From the NCBI RefSeq assembly GCF_963921235.1, contig NC_086097.1, forward strand, positions 133,550,001 through 133,614,000: a stretch of DNA of 64,000 bases. Direction: 5' to 3'. This document shows positions 50,228-62,030 of the stretch, piece by piece. The position numbers and the translations under genes are program-made. The stretch comes from Mobula hypostoma (taxonomy: Eukaryota). Numbering within the stretch: the first letter of the stretch is position 1; every line of letters starts with the position of its first letter. The notes beneath the pieces were generated by a model. That model was not told the origin of the DNA, ran no database searches, and saw nothing but the letters and a program-made list of their open reading frames with translations.

Positions 50228-50765
50228 GCAGTAGGGGTGACTTAGCTTGTAGTGCCACTATCTCACAGCCCCAGAGACTCTGGTTCAATTCTGACTTCGG
50301 GTGCGGTCTGTGTGGAGTTTGCACATTCTCCCTGTAAACTGCATGGGTTTTATTTTGGTGCTCCCATTTTCCCCTGCGTTCCACAAATGAGAACGCTGGT
50401 AGGTTAATTGGTGGCTGTAAATTGCCCCAAAGAGATGGAACTTGAGGAAGAATTGATGGGAATTGATGCAGGGAAGGGGAGAATAAAATTGGACAGTCTT
50501 AAATTAGTGTAAAAGTGGATATGGCTGCACAGTAGTGTGGTGGTTAATGCAACACTATTACAGCACCAGTGATCCAGGTTCAATTTCCACCTCTATCTGT
50601 AAGGAGTTCCCCCCCCCCAGTGACCGCGTAGGTTCTCTCAGGGTGCTCCGGTTTCCTCCCACGCTCCGAAGACTTACAGGTTGGTAAGTCAATTGTTTCC
50701 ACGGGTGTAATTGTGCGCCTCGGGCTGTTTGGTCCGGAAGACCTGTAACTGTGCTGTAGCTCTAA
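50228..50765 (+). mobile_element. Two adjacent V-SINEs (~50228-50520 and ~50522-50765)
   Basis: Each has a GGTTCAATT B box, GGAGTT...CCC.GT.AC.GC.T.GGTT...GGTGCTCC V-domain and a tail. Confidence 0.78.
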
Positions 50766-51869
50766 AAAAAAGTTTGAAAGTCAACACAGACTTGGTGGGC
50801 TGAGGGGCCTACTTCTGCATTGACTCTCTCTCTCTCTCTCTCTCTCTCTGGCTCTACAGTCGTACTTGGACAGGCTCAGTGGAGTGACAGGCTCCTCATC
50901 CCAGAGATGTTGGAATTTTTCCAGAATCTGATATCTTGCAAATTATTGAATTTCATCACATACCTTACCACAAAGTGATTTGATCTGCTTGGTGGTGTTT
51001 GAACTAACTCAGTAGTATAACCACAGAATGGCTTTGTCAACCCAATACCATAGCGCATTCCCAAGTATTAAAGATATACCTTTCACAGAGCACTGCTGGA
51101 GTGTTTCAAGTGCATCGGGTGCCCACAAGCACATAAACGAGCATAAACTGCTTGAAACTGCCTCCTGCTCCAGATGCTATAGTTGGTAATTTATCTTCCA
51201 AAGAAATGCATGTCTTTCACAACTTATAATTGACCCAAAACATTTTAAAACAATGAGCTGTTTTTCTTTGTCAGATGTGTTGTAGCCTTGATGCTGTGTC
51301 AGATCTCATAAAAGGTGAAAATAACACCTGGACTGTACAATTGAAAATTGAATTCATTGTCATATGTACAAATACATGTAATGACAGGTGCAATAAAAAG
51401 TTCACGCACCAACATCACAGGCATATAAGATCCAGTATGCTACATTCACAAGAAAACCATTAGCTATCTGAAAATTATACAAGAAAAAAAACAACTGGAA
51501 CAATAACGTCCATTGTAGTGTGAAGTGGTCAAATGGTCATTGTGTTGGTGTACTGAGGCAGGGTTGTGCAAGTTGGTTCAAAACCTGAATAGTTGAAGAA
51601 AAATAGCTGTTCTTGAACCTGGTGGTGTGGGACTTCAGGTCTACATAGCTCCTGACTGATAGTAGCTATGAGAAGATGGCATGACCCAGTTTATGGAGAT
51701 GTTTGATGATAGATATTGCCTTCTTGAGGGAGCACATCACATAAATACTTCTAGCGGTGGGGAAGATATGCTGATGACATATTGGGCTGTGTTCACTTCT
51801 TACGTTTCTGTGCATTCAAATTGCCGTACCAAGCTGTGTTGCGACCAGTCAGGATCCTTTCAATAGTGC

Positions 51870-52132
51870 TTATTTACTGAAGCACCTCACTCGTACTGGC
51901 GTACAGGCCACTGACAGCAGCTCGCTAGAGTCCTCTATCCTGGACCAGTCTTTCAAGTTGTCCCCAGGCGTAGCCCATCTTCTTGGTGCCCTTCCTCTCC
52001 CAGGGGTGAGGTCTTTGGAGCTTCTTTTGGCATTTCCGGTGGCTCTGGGTTTTTTTGCAGAATGGGTTTTCTAGCCCCATGCCCAACCCTCCTCCTTTCA
52101 CACCCGGGTTTGGGACTATCCATGGTGGAGTT
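51870..52132 (-). mobile_element. 263-bp bipartite non-autonomous RTE element headed by a twister ribozyme
   Basis: 5' twister motif plus GGGCATGGGGCTAGAAAACCCAT hairpin; 3' part reads KKMGYAWGQLERLVQDRGL*RAAVSGL (RTE C-terminus); degenerate (TAAG)n tail; putative TSD AATAGTGC / AATAACAC. Confidence 0.85.
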
Positions 52133-52134
52133 AA
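52082..52134 (-). ncRNA. P1-type twister ribozyme, degenerate copy
   Basis: RNA U-UAA-CUCC-AC-CAUGG-AUAG-UCCC-AA-AC-CCGG-GUGUGAAA-GGAG-GAGGG-UUGGG keeps twister order: UAA, P2 CUCC/GGAG, L4 UCCCAA, T1 partner GAGGG; P4 and T2 are mutated. Confidence 0.8.
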
Positions 52135-52213
52135 TAACACATCAGTAGAAATTTGTTAGAGTGTTTGATGACACACTTTAACCTTCTCAGAAAGTAAAGA
52201 CGCTAGCACTTGG

Positions 52214-52480
52214 GTCTGCACGGTGGCGTAGTGGTTAGCACAATGCTTCACAGTACAGGCGACCTGGGTTCAATTTCCGCCGCTGCCTGTAAGGAGTTTG
52301 TACGTTTTCCCTGTGATTGTGGGGTTTCTTCCAGGTGCTCAAGTTTCCTCCCACTGTCCAAGGATGGCAGGTTGGTAGGTTAATTGGTCATTGTAAATTG
52401 TCCCCGATTAGGCTAGGGTTAAACCAGGTGACTGCTGGGCTTGAAGAGCCTTTTCTGTCCTGTATCTTGATAAATAAAGA
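52214..52480 (+). mobile_element. V-SINE, relatively well preserved
   Basis: A box GGTGGCGTAGTGG, B box GGGTTCAATTTCC, V-domain GGAGTTTGTACGTTTTCCCTGTGA, tail TAAATAAA. Confidence 0.88.
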
Positions 52481-52484
52481 TTAA

Positions 52485-52758
52485 AAATCTTCCTTGTGAT
52501 TGCATCTATCCAGCAAGTTAACACCCAGGAATGTAAAGCTGCAGGCCTGCTCCCACACCGATCCCTGGTGTAGACTGGTGTATGTTCGCCCTCCTTCCCT
52601 TTGCTGAAGTCAACGATTACCTGTTTCGTTTCGCTAACATTAAGCGTGAGGATGTTGTTGCTGCACCACTCAACCAAGTGCCCTACCTCACTCCTGTATG
52701 CTGAAGGATCTCTACCTGTGATTGATCCAACAACAGTGGCATCATTGGTGAATTTGTT
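52485..52758 (-). mobile_element. Rex-type RT fragment (continuation of the 51340-52210 host)
   Basis: VEWCSNNILTLNVSETKQVIVDFSKG. Confidence 0.75.
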
Positions 52759-53469
52759 TCTAGGGATGAGGGAATTTTATCCATTAGAGAAAGAAATGGA
52801 ATCCTGAAAGTTGGTGGGAGACCTGATGAAGGCAAACTGTGGTACCTTGTTTAGCATTGCGGCTGTGTTCTCAGGAGTGAGCGTACACGTGGAATCCCTG
52901 CAGCAGATGGGTCAGCATCACATAGTACAGGGAGTGATTATAGTAATGTCTTGTATAGTTAGAACCTTTTGCGAATCCCGGCTGTCCTCCCTGCCGTGCA
53001 GGGAACCAGGGTTGCTGAGAGCCTAGTACAAAGCCAGCAGAGAATCATCTAATAAGCTCAATGTAAGTTGAGCCGACGTGAGTGGTGTAGCTACTCAGTG
53101 CTGGGATGCTGGGATCTGAATAGGTTTCCTGGCTAGCATGGTGAGAGTGGGCTAACACTGGCGACTGGTAGCAACTGCTCCAGATCATTGGACCTTCTCA
53201 TCAGCTCCTGCTGTATATGATGGAAGTTGCTCTCTCCCCTTCTTCTTGAGAGTGTGTCAGCTTAGATTTATGAGCTCAGATCCCTGGAACCCACAAATAT
53301 CTACATCTGTTATAAAGGGCCAGTGGAGTGTCTTATTGTAGCGGATAATATTATTCTGGGGAACTAGAGTTTGAGGAATGGGACCTCCTCATAATTGCCA
53401 ATGTTACAGTCCACACGAGATCCATTTTCCAGGAAGAATAAGGAGTGTTAGATGGATCGAAGGAGAAGT

Positions 53470-54170
53470 TATGGAATTACATAGCAGAGAAGCAGGACCT
53501 TCTGCCCATCATATTAACACTATCTGAACAGACAGGTTTAAGGGCATAGAACACATAAGTGTAAATACTTCACAAATACAGATCCTTCGGCCTGTAATGT
53601 CTGTGGCAAACAAGATGACAAATTAAACCAAATCCCTTCTGCCTGCAAGTGATCTATACATTCCTCCATTCTCTGAATATTCATGTGTTTATTTGAAAGC
53701 TTCTTAAAAGCTTCTGTTTCCATCAGTCCATTCCAACCAGCCATCATTCTCTGCATAAGGAATAAACTTATTCCACACACCTCCTTTAGAAACCGGCATA
53801 AGCACCAGCCTGATGGGCCACAAGGCTCGGGACAGACTTTAACTTTAACACACCTCCTTTAAGCTTTTCCCTGCTCACCATAAATGCACCTCCTCTAGAT
53901 AGTTCTACTTCTGACTCTTTACCCTATCTATGCCCTTCCATAGTTTTGTAAACCTCTGTCAGGCCCCCCCCCCCCCCTCAGTCTCTAGTACTCCAGGGAA
54001 AACAACCAAACTGAATCCAATCTCTCCTTATAGTTCGTATCTTCTAATCCAGGCAGCATCCTTATAAACCACTTCTGTATCCTTTCCAAAGCCTCCACAT
54101 CGTTTCTCTAATGGGGCAACTAGTACTGTGCATAATACTCCAAGAGCAACCTAACTGGTATTTTATATTT
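53470..54170 (-). mobile_element. Decayed CR1 3' remnants
   Basis: CATAGAACA tail and TACTCCAGGGAAAACAA...AATCCAGGCAGCATCC...ATACTCCAAG are antisense CR1 C-terminus. Confidence 0.7.
53789..53847 (+). mobile_element. 59-bp 5'-truncated retro-insert with perfect 14-bp TSD and (ACTTTA)2 tail
   Basis: TSD ACACACCTCCTTTA at 53775-53788 and 53848-53861. Confidence 0.8.
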
Positions 54171-54336
54171 TCTCATCTGAAAGTTAAGTAATACGTAGTG
54201 GGAATATGGAAGGAGCTCAGATACGGGAGCAGTTTTTGAAAACTAAAGGTTTAGAAATCATGACAATGAACTTCTAAAGTGAAGGTACTTTCCATTTAAT
54301 ATATTTGGCAGTCCAAATTATGGTATGATTTTTAGT

Positions 54337-54840
54337 TCATAGAGCTGTACAGCACAGATACAGAGCCGTCAGCCCAACCAGACTTTACTGATTACTGTGC
54401 CGACCCAGCTAGTCCCAATTTCTTGTGCTTGGCCCATATCCCTCTCAACTCGATCCCTCCATGTACCTATCCAAATGATTCTTAAATTATATTATTGTAC
54501 TTGCCTTACCCACTTCCTCTGGCATCTCGTCCCATATACTCACCACTCTCTGTGTGATAAAGGTGTCACTTGGGGATCTTTTAAATGTTTCCTCTCGCAC
54601 CCTAAACCTATGCCCCCTGGGAATAGACTGTTAACTTTTCTATGCCTTTCATAGTTTTAAGCAATTCTGTAAAGCTTCTCCATCATTCTCCTGTGTTCCA
54701 AAGAATAAAGACCTATCCCGGCCAACTTCTCCATTTAATTTAGGCCCTGGGAACATCCTTCAAAATGCTTTCCAGTTCAACCATGTAGTTATCCTATAAT
54801 AGGGTGACCAAATCTGTACACAGTACTGCAAGTGCAGTGT
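54337..54840 (-). mobile_element. CR1 3' end remnant
   Basis: TCATAGAGCTGTACAGCACAG...CACCACTCTCTGTGTGA...GGGTGACCAAATCTGTACACAGTACT. Confidence 0.75.
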
Positions 54841-56379
54841 TTAACCCTCAATGATGTTTCAGTTAGAAGATCCCGTTCAGCGCAGGGTATTTCTAATGAT
54901 GGTTCTGTTGATCTGTAATTGTTTTATTTATTGTGAAGAAAATCTCGTAACAATGAATTGCAAATGACACTCTAAAGTATGTGCTGTAGCCCCTGATCAC
55001 TGATGAATGAAATCTAAGACAAATAGGATGCAACATGGACATTTTCAAAGGATTGATTTTCTCCAAAATTCCAGTTAATGTAATGGAGGATTGTGATAGA
55101 ATGAAATCATTCCATGCAGCGAGTAGTGGCTTGGGCCACAGTCGTTGAAAATCCAGTGGGAGTAATTAGCAGTAATGTCTAAAAGACGATTGGTTGAGTA
55201 CATTTTGAAGCAAGTGTTCGACTACTAGAGAAGTGTTGAGGAATAATAATTTTTACCCAAGAAGTGAATGTATTGAGGGGTCTGAGCTTATCAGCTTCAA
55301 TGTCTAAAAGAGGCAGAAACTCTTTCCTCAGTCAAAAGGTTCCTTGGGTCGACATTTGAAAAGCTACAAGCTGTAGAGCAAATTAAATTTATTTCATATG
55401 CACAGGTACAATGAAAAGCTTACTTGAAGCAGTATCATATAAGCAACATTCACAAGAAAAAATGTAAACTAAAAATGAATAAAACACTTTTTTTAACAAT
55501 ATATTAGAACAACAACAGGTCCATTTTAGTCAAAGTAACCAAAGTGGTCACAGTGTTGCTAAACTGCACTGATTAGGGTTGTGCCATCTTGTTCAAGAAC
55601 CAGTGGTTGAGTAGCTGTGCTGAGAAGTGGGTCAAGTAGTTCTGCTGGAATGGAAATGAAAGACCGAACGGTCGTCTTTTGAGCTGTGATGCTTGATTTT
55701 AAGAAATGAGGATGTTCTGTGTTTTGATTTGGTCCAGTTGCATTTGGTTTAGAAGTTCTGTATACTAAGATGACTCTGCACTTGTAGTACAGGCACAATG
55801 CGACAGCCAGCTTTGGCTGGTGTTTGTGTTTCTGGCACACATAGAGTCAGCCCCCTCCTTAGAATTAACAAGCTTTTCTGTTCAGAATTTGGCGTCTACT
55901 TTGGAAACATGCTTTTGCAATGTTTAGCAGCTTCAGTGCATTGCTATAAATGTAAACTCCCAGTAAATCATACTTCTGCCTTTCTTTCTAATGTTACCAA
56001 TGTTGGTCTAACATGACAGGCTTCTTGTTTTAAATCTCTTGTTGTTAAAAGCTTGCAGAGTTAAAAATCAGATCAATTGGAAAACAATTGAATTTGGAGT
56101 TTGGGCAATTTTGTGCTTTCCTTGATACAGCTGAAGAGCAGAACTACCCGTATTCGTTGTGGTTCTTTTACAATACTGATTGACAACTGTTTATATTTTG
56201 TAGATAATCTGTGCTCAGCTCAGGATACATACGTGTATGTGGGCAGTTCTGTGCATTTTGTAGGCGAGCATGTTAAACCATTTGACCACCAGATTATTTT
56301 GATGTGCTGAGTGTTACTTGGCAATCACGATGCCATTTTATGCATGGAAACCTCCAAAGTATTTCTGTACTCCTTCAAA

Positions 56380-56688
56380 TGTCATTCCAAGTCTCCTTAC
56401 TATCAATGAAGTTCTTTTGATGTTCAGTCACTGTTATAATGTGGGGAACTGAGCAGCCATTTTGAACACAGCAAGATCCCACAGAGAGTACTGTGACGAA
56501 GAATAGATGATTTAGCATTGTTGATTTAAGTGTAGGTATTTGGCTAGGGCCAAGGCTTTTCTGTGTAAAGGTGCTTTCAGAGCTGTTGTATTTACCTGAA
56601 CGACTGGAATGGCCTTGATTTAATATCCCATCAGAAAATCAGTGCCTTTGATAGTGTGGCACTCTTCCTACTGAGCTGGAAGTGCATC
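56380..56688 (-). mobile_element. Deu-domain SINE
   Basis: CAGTCACTGTTATAATGT...CACAGCAAGATCCCACA...GATTTAATATCCCATCAGAAA...CCTTTGATAGTGTGGCACTC is the antisense of the Deu-type copies. Confidence 0.7.
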
Positions 56689-56689
56689 T

Positions 56690-57105
56690 TGGAGCAACAC
56701 ACACAAAATGCTGGAGGAATGCTGCAGGTCAGGCAGCATCTAAGAAAATGAATAAACAGTCAAGATCTTGGATTGAGTACTTTCATCAGGACTGGAAAGG
56801 AAGGGGGCAAGACCCAGAATACAAAGATGGGGAGAGGATATGGAGTACAGGCTGACAGGTGATCGGTGATACCAGGTGAGGGGAAGGTGGGTGGGTGGGG
56901 GAAGTAAGAAGCTGGGAGGTGATAGGTTGGCAGAAGTAAAGGACTGAGGAAGCAAGAATCTGATTGGAGAGGACAGTGGACCATGGAAGAAGGCGAAGGA
57001 ACGCGGACACCAGAGGGGGGAGGGGTGATGGGAAGGTGAGGAGAAGAGAAGGGGTGAGAGGGATGACCTTTTGAGTTCCTCCAGCATTTTGTGTGTGTTG
57101 CTTGA
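56690..57105 (-). mobile_element. Penelope 3' end/pLTR with an inverted terminal segment
   Basis: GCAACACACACAAAATGCTGGAGGAA at left and TTCCTCCAGCATTTTGTGTGTGTTGC at right are exact reverse complements; body is antisense to the 63100-63400 type UTR; CTGATGA box near 56783-56789. Confidence 0.85.
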
Positions 57106-58199
57106 GAGCTCCAGCTTCTTCAGAATCACTTGACTGGTGTTATAGATGGAAAGCATCTCCTCTGACTTAAAAATTACATAGAAATTATGCGTTATTTTCA
57201 AGTACATTCCTGCTCTGTTCTGTTTGTTATTGCATAGGATTAACTGGATAGAAGCTAGTCCATGACAGTCTTGTTGTTCTGGCCTGTAGATATCCAGTTT
57301 GTTTTGTATAAACACCACTTCCGATACACAGGTTTATTTTTATATAATTTCCTGCATGGGTTACTTTTGATCCAATTTGAAGCGTGCGGTGGAAAAACAT
57401 TCGTCTTCATGCACTCTTTATTTGCCCTGGAAACAGCAATATCAATGAGTCTTAAGTTTTTGTTAATATTGGCAAACATTTGGTAGATACATTTTGAAGG
57501 AAGCATTATGTTTAAGTTTATTGTTGCACCATGAGTTTACTCTTGTTTACACTGTATAGAGTGTTATGTATGTGTAATACCTTGGTTAATGTTGGTTGTG
57601 TGAATAATCAACAGTATTAGTATATTCAGGCGAGCAATGATTCTCTATTGAATTTAATAGGGATTTTACTTACCTTTCTGCAGTTTCATAGGTAAGAGAT
57701 CTCATTAAAAGCCCTGAAGAAAGCTTCACTGCATAGCTGTGCAGATACGCATTTGGAGGGCAGTAAACTTACTGTCTTTTCCTTTGCACATGTAACATTT
57801 TGGATAACACATTTGTAGCCCTATGACTAGAAAGGACTTAAGTTTCTGCATATGCAGAATCATTCCATTTTACCATTGGTTCAGGTATCAGTTTTTGCAT
57901 CGGTTGTTGTTTGCATCGCAACTTGATTTTACTAAAATTGAAAGTCATATTCACTTACTACTGCAGCTCTTAGTTTTTGCATTCTCATTGTGCTATTAAG
58001 CTGTGAACAATTAAGTGCACTACAGCCTGCCCAAGTAATGAAATGGTTCTGTTCTTACAGATATCCAAATGTCAATTTTATCTGTTAGTCAGAAAGGGCA
58101 CAGAAGTTATTCAATACGGTAACCATACACTGTCATTATTGTATTGAACATGTAGATGCAATCGTAAGAATGTTACGCGCCGAAGTCTTTACTTACCTA

Positions 58200-58505
58200 G
58201 AAGTTTAAGGAAGTTCAGTATGTCACCAAGATACTCTCAAAAACTTCCACAGATGTACTGTTGAAAGTATCCTGACTGGTTGCATCACGGTCTGGTATGG
58301 CAAATTGAGTGTATATGAACTTAGGAAGTTAAAAACTTCCAGGCTTGGAAGGCATTTACTAGACTGTTCTGCCCAGTTCCAGTGCAGGGTCTCGACCCAA
58401 AATGTCAGCAATTCCCTCCCCACATCTCCACAGCAGATGCCATTCCATCCTGAGTTCCTCCACCAATTTGTTTGTTGCTCCCAATTCCAAAATCTACAGT
58501 CTCTT
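58200..58505 (+). mobile_element. Rex RT fragment (~58200-58330) followed by Penelope pLTR fragment (~58370-58505)
   Basis: NFHRCTVESILTGCITVWYG; CAGGGTCTCGACCCAAAATGTCAG...CTGAGTTCCTCCA. Confidence 0.7.
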
Positions 58506-59204
58506 GCAACCAGTTTAAAAATTGTGTCATTTGACCAACTGCTGTCAGGGCTTTTTACTGAACGTTCCGGAGAAAGTTTGTGATAAGCCTTGTGTCTCAA
58601 ATGTACATTGTATATTTCTGTACGTTCTCCAGTGGCGTCTCCTAGTTGTAAAGAACCACTGACTTCTGGGCGGGTTTAAAATGGCTCACAATAAGATTTA
58701 ACCTAAATAATTCTATTTTATTTGTTCATTTTATAGGACAAGGGCTTTGTTGGTAAGACCTTTCATTTCCATGGAGTGAGATGGTTTTGGTGAACAGGCA
58801 AGTTTTAGGTAATTTATATGTTTTTTGATTTATTGTGTTTGCTTAAATGTATTAACTGTTTAAAACACTTTTATTCCTTATATTTTGGCAGTTTTCCATG
58901 TTTACTGCTTTCTAATTATAATGGCTTTTTAAATGTTTCTGATTATTTTGGTAGCTAATTAAGCAATGCATGTTGTAGTGGATGGAGAGACTACTAACAT
59001 TTTTACCTTTGCTTTGGGGCATATGAGGGAGTTTCATGTGGAAAGTCTCCAAGTATTCCTCATCCTCATCGTCACAAAATGCTGGAACTTCCCAATGGCA
59101 TCATGGAGCTCTGTCTCCAAAAGGATGATGGTGGTTCCAGAAAGTGACTCACCACAATTCTTTCCATGGAAACTGAGGATGGTCAATACATTCCAGCAGT
59201 GATC

Positions 59205-59790
59205 AGATAGAACATAAAATAGTACAGCACAGGAATGGGCCCTTTGTGCACTATGTCTGTGCCAAATACAATGCCAAATTAACTTAATCCCTTCTGCCTG
59301 CACAGGATCCACATTCCTCCATTCCCCAATCGTTCAAGTGGTAGCCTATTTCAAGCGTCTTCCAATCTCCATCTAAAAGAAAGCTTTCCTCATACATCTC
59401 CTTTGAATTTCTACCCTCTTGCCTTAAGCTATGTCCTTTGGTATTTAATGTTTCTACCCTGGGGAAAGGATTCTGATTGTCTACCCCATTGAAGCTTCTC
59501 ATAATTTTTTAAGCATCTTTCTGGTATCCCCTCAGCCTTTGACATTCCAGGAAAAACTTTCCAAGTTTGTCCAACTCTATGCACATAAGCTTTCTTCCAG
59601 GGAGGGGTTGCTAAAAATAATAAATTATAGGTTTAAGATTAGAGGTGAGAGATTTAAAAGGGACATGGTTAGGAGGGATTAGAGGGCTAAACATAGCCAA
59701 ATGTGGTTTTAACTTACTGGGCAACACAGTTAGTATGGATTCATTGGGCCAAATAACCTGCTTCATGCCATCTGAATCTATAACTCTACT
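59205..59790. mobile_element. Back-to-back CR1 3' remnants (minus ~59205-59575, plus ~59590-59790)
   Basis: ATAGAACATAAAATAGTACAGCACAGG tail at left; TAGGTTTAAGATTAGAGGTGAGAGATTTAAAAGGGAC...TCTATAACTCTA at right. Confidence 0.65.
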
Positions 59791-61299
59791 AATAGCTAAT
59801 ACCCCATTTATATCAAATTATTTTGTCTGCATTTAGATGGTAACCTATATTGATAAAGGAGTCCTTTATCAATATGAAATAATGATTTACTTTTCTGAGA
59901 GTGCTGTGGCCAGTGATAAATCAGGGAAGTTTTGGAGTAAGTTCATTGGTGATTAAACACTGGCAGAAGATACCTGCACTGCATGATAACTGCTGAAGCT
60001 TCAATGAAATTTAATGTGCTCTTTGTTTTATATATAATCAAAACTTGTGTCAAGTGAATCAACTGATTGCCTCCAGTTCCACAGGGAAACAGAAATCTAA
60101 ACTCCATGACCACTACTGAAGAAAATCCATCCCCTCCCTCCCAACATGTGCATCGCAACAGTATTTATCCATTCTCTTATTAACTTACTAAAGGTGTTCC
60201 AAATCTAATTGCTAATTATCATGATGAAAGGCAAGAGTGCATGAATATCCACATTAATTCTCAATGACTCTGGATGCCACGGAAACAGATTGTATGAGTA
60301 GACGTTGTCGTAGTACATTTTGATCAATCTTTAAAGGATAAAGTGTCCCTGCTTATTTATTCTGGGTTTAATTTGTCACAATGTGATGACCCACAATGAA
60401 AGTTTTAGGCACTAAAAAGTGAAATGCAGTCAGAATGGAGGAGAGAGCATGAGGGTTTTCCAAGATCAACAGTGAAGTGCTTATAACTGATAGGAAGCCT
60501 CTACATAATCTAGTACCTGAAGCTTATTGCCCTCAACAAAAAAAACTTGAGTTAATATCACACCTTTAACAAGGTAAAACACCCATGTGTGTTTCCTCTG
60601 GGTACTCCAGTTTCCATTGAAACATACAGGTCAGTTCTCTGATTTGTCTCTCATGAATAGGTGAGTGGGAGGATGTGAGGGTTATTAATGGGAATATGGA
60701 GAGAATAGGGCAGGATTAGTGTAAATGTATGCTTGGTGATCTGTTTCCGTAGCCTGCAACTCTATGACCATGATCCCCAAGGGGTTTCAGAGGGTTACTA
60801 CCAGGCACAATTTGTACTCAGGCCAAGAGGAGGTACAAGGACAAGAAAGGGAAAGTTTTAAGATATTGAATAGAGGTAGATTGGAGCAACTCCTGAGCCC
60901 ACCAATCTGTTGAATTTAGTGTAGGAATACACCAACATTAGTTTGTTGATTCTGTGTGGGTATATTTTGTTTGCATCAGTCTCATTTCTTGTTATGAGCT
61001 AAAGCATAGAGCCCAGGTGAAGGGATTGGAGCTCGAATGTCAAATATCTATTTCTCTCCATAGAATTTGTCTAACCTCTTGAGCTCTTCAACAACATTTG
61101 TTGTTGTTTTTTTTCACTCCAGATTGCAGTATCAGCAGTTCCTTGTGCCTCCGGTGTAGTAGCCCAGCCAGGCAGGATACCCTGCCTAAGAATAAACTTA
61201 ATCCATCCACTGATTTTACCAGACCTTGCTATTCACTGTATACTCCTTAATTAAGCTGCTGTACAGACACCTTGTGTTTGGTGGTGGCAGGTCATTTAA

Positions 61300-61680
61300 T
61301 CAGAAACAGAACCAGGTTTATTGTTGCTGACATTTACTAACATACAGTATGTCACGAAATGTATTGTTTTATGGTAACGGTACGGTGTAATACAATAAAA
61401 TATACCATCAAATACCTAAAAATTACGATAAGCATTCACATTCCAAAATCTGGCGACAGAGGGGAAGAAACTGTTTCTCAAACATTAAGTGTGGGTCTTT
61501 GGGCTCCTGTACCTCCTCCCTTATGAAAAGTAGACATGTCCTGGAATGTCCTGGGTGGTGTGGGTCCTTAATGATGGATGTCACCTATTTGAGCCATGAC
61601 TTTTTGAAGATGTCCTTGATGGTGGTGAGGCTAATGCCCATGGTGGAGTTAGCTGAGTTTACAGTCCTCTGCAGCTCCTC
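61300..61680 (-). mobile_element. Rex-type LINE 3' remnant
   Basis: AATCAGAAACAGAACCAGGTTTATT tail; GGGCTCCTGTACCTCCTCC. Confidence 0.65.
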
Positions 61681-61879
61681 ACTAACCCCAGGATGGGAAG
61701 AGAGCCCTGTACTTGTAGATCATCCTCAGCTGCAGTCAGTGAGGCTCCATCCTCAGAGCTCCGTGAGCTCTCTCCATCTCATTGCTACATACTGAAGTTG
61801 TTAGCACTTGCCGTCACTTCTACTTGTGACAATGTCTCCTCTCAAGTTTTTCATGCGGTTCAGTCGGCAACATTTATGC

Positions 61880-62030
61880 CTTGGAGACAAAATGTTGTGG
61901 GATTAAACCCACTCCAGGGACTTACACACAATACTTAGGCTGGTATTAGGATTCCGAGGGAGTGCTTTACTGTTAGAAGTGCTGCTCTGTGTATGAGCTC
62001 TCTCAGGTGGACCTTAAAAGAGCCACGGAT
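61880..62030 (+). mobile_element. Deu-domain SINE 5' remnant
   Basis: GTTGTGGGATTAAACCCACTCCAGGGACTT...GAGGGAGTGCT...CTCTCAGGTGGA. Confidence 0.6.

Larger units (their letters stand above)
51340..52210 (-). mobile_element. Rex-type LINE remnant interrupted by the twister-headed element
   Basis: GTTCTTGAACCTGGTGGTGTGGGACTTCAGG...GACCAGTCAGGATCCTTTCAA resumes as CATCAGTAGAAATTTG...CTCAGAAAGTAAAGACGC after 52140. Confidence 0.75.

Noticed and set aside
56740..57318. 192-aa minus-strand ORF
   Set aside because: Mostly the pyrimidine-rich Penelope 3'UTR giving low-complexity S/P/L; crosses an element boundary
58188..58222. Minus-strand pyrimidine tract plus TAG|GTAAGT resembling a recursive splice site
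   Set aside because: The tract comes from a Rex RT fragment edge; likely coincidental
58660..58690. GGGCGG next to AAAATGGC (GC box plus YY1-like motif)
   Set aside because: Isolated short motifs without CpG enrichment; insufficient to call a promoter
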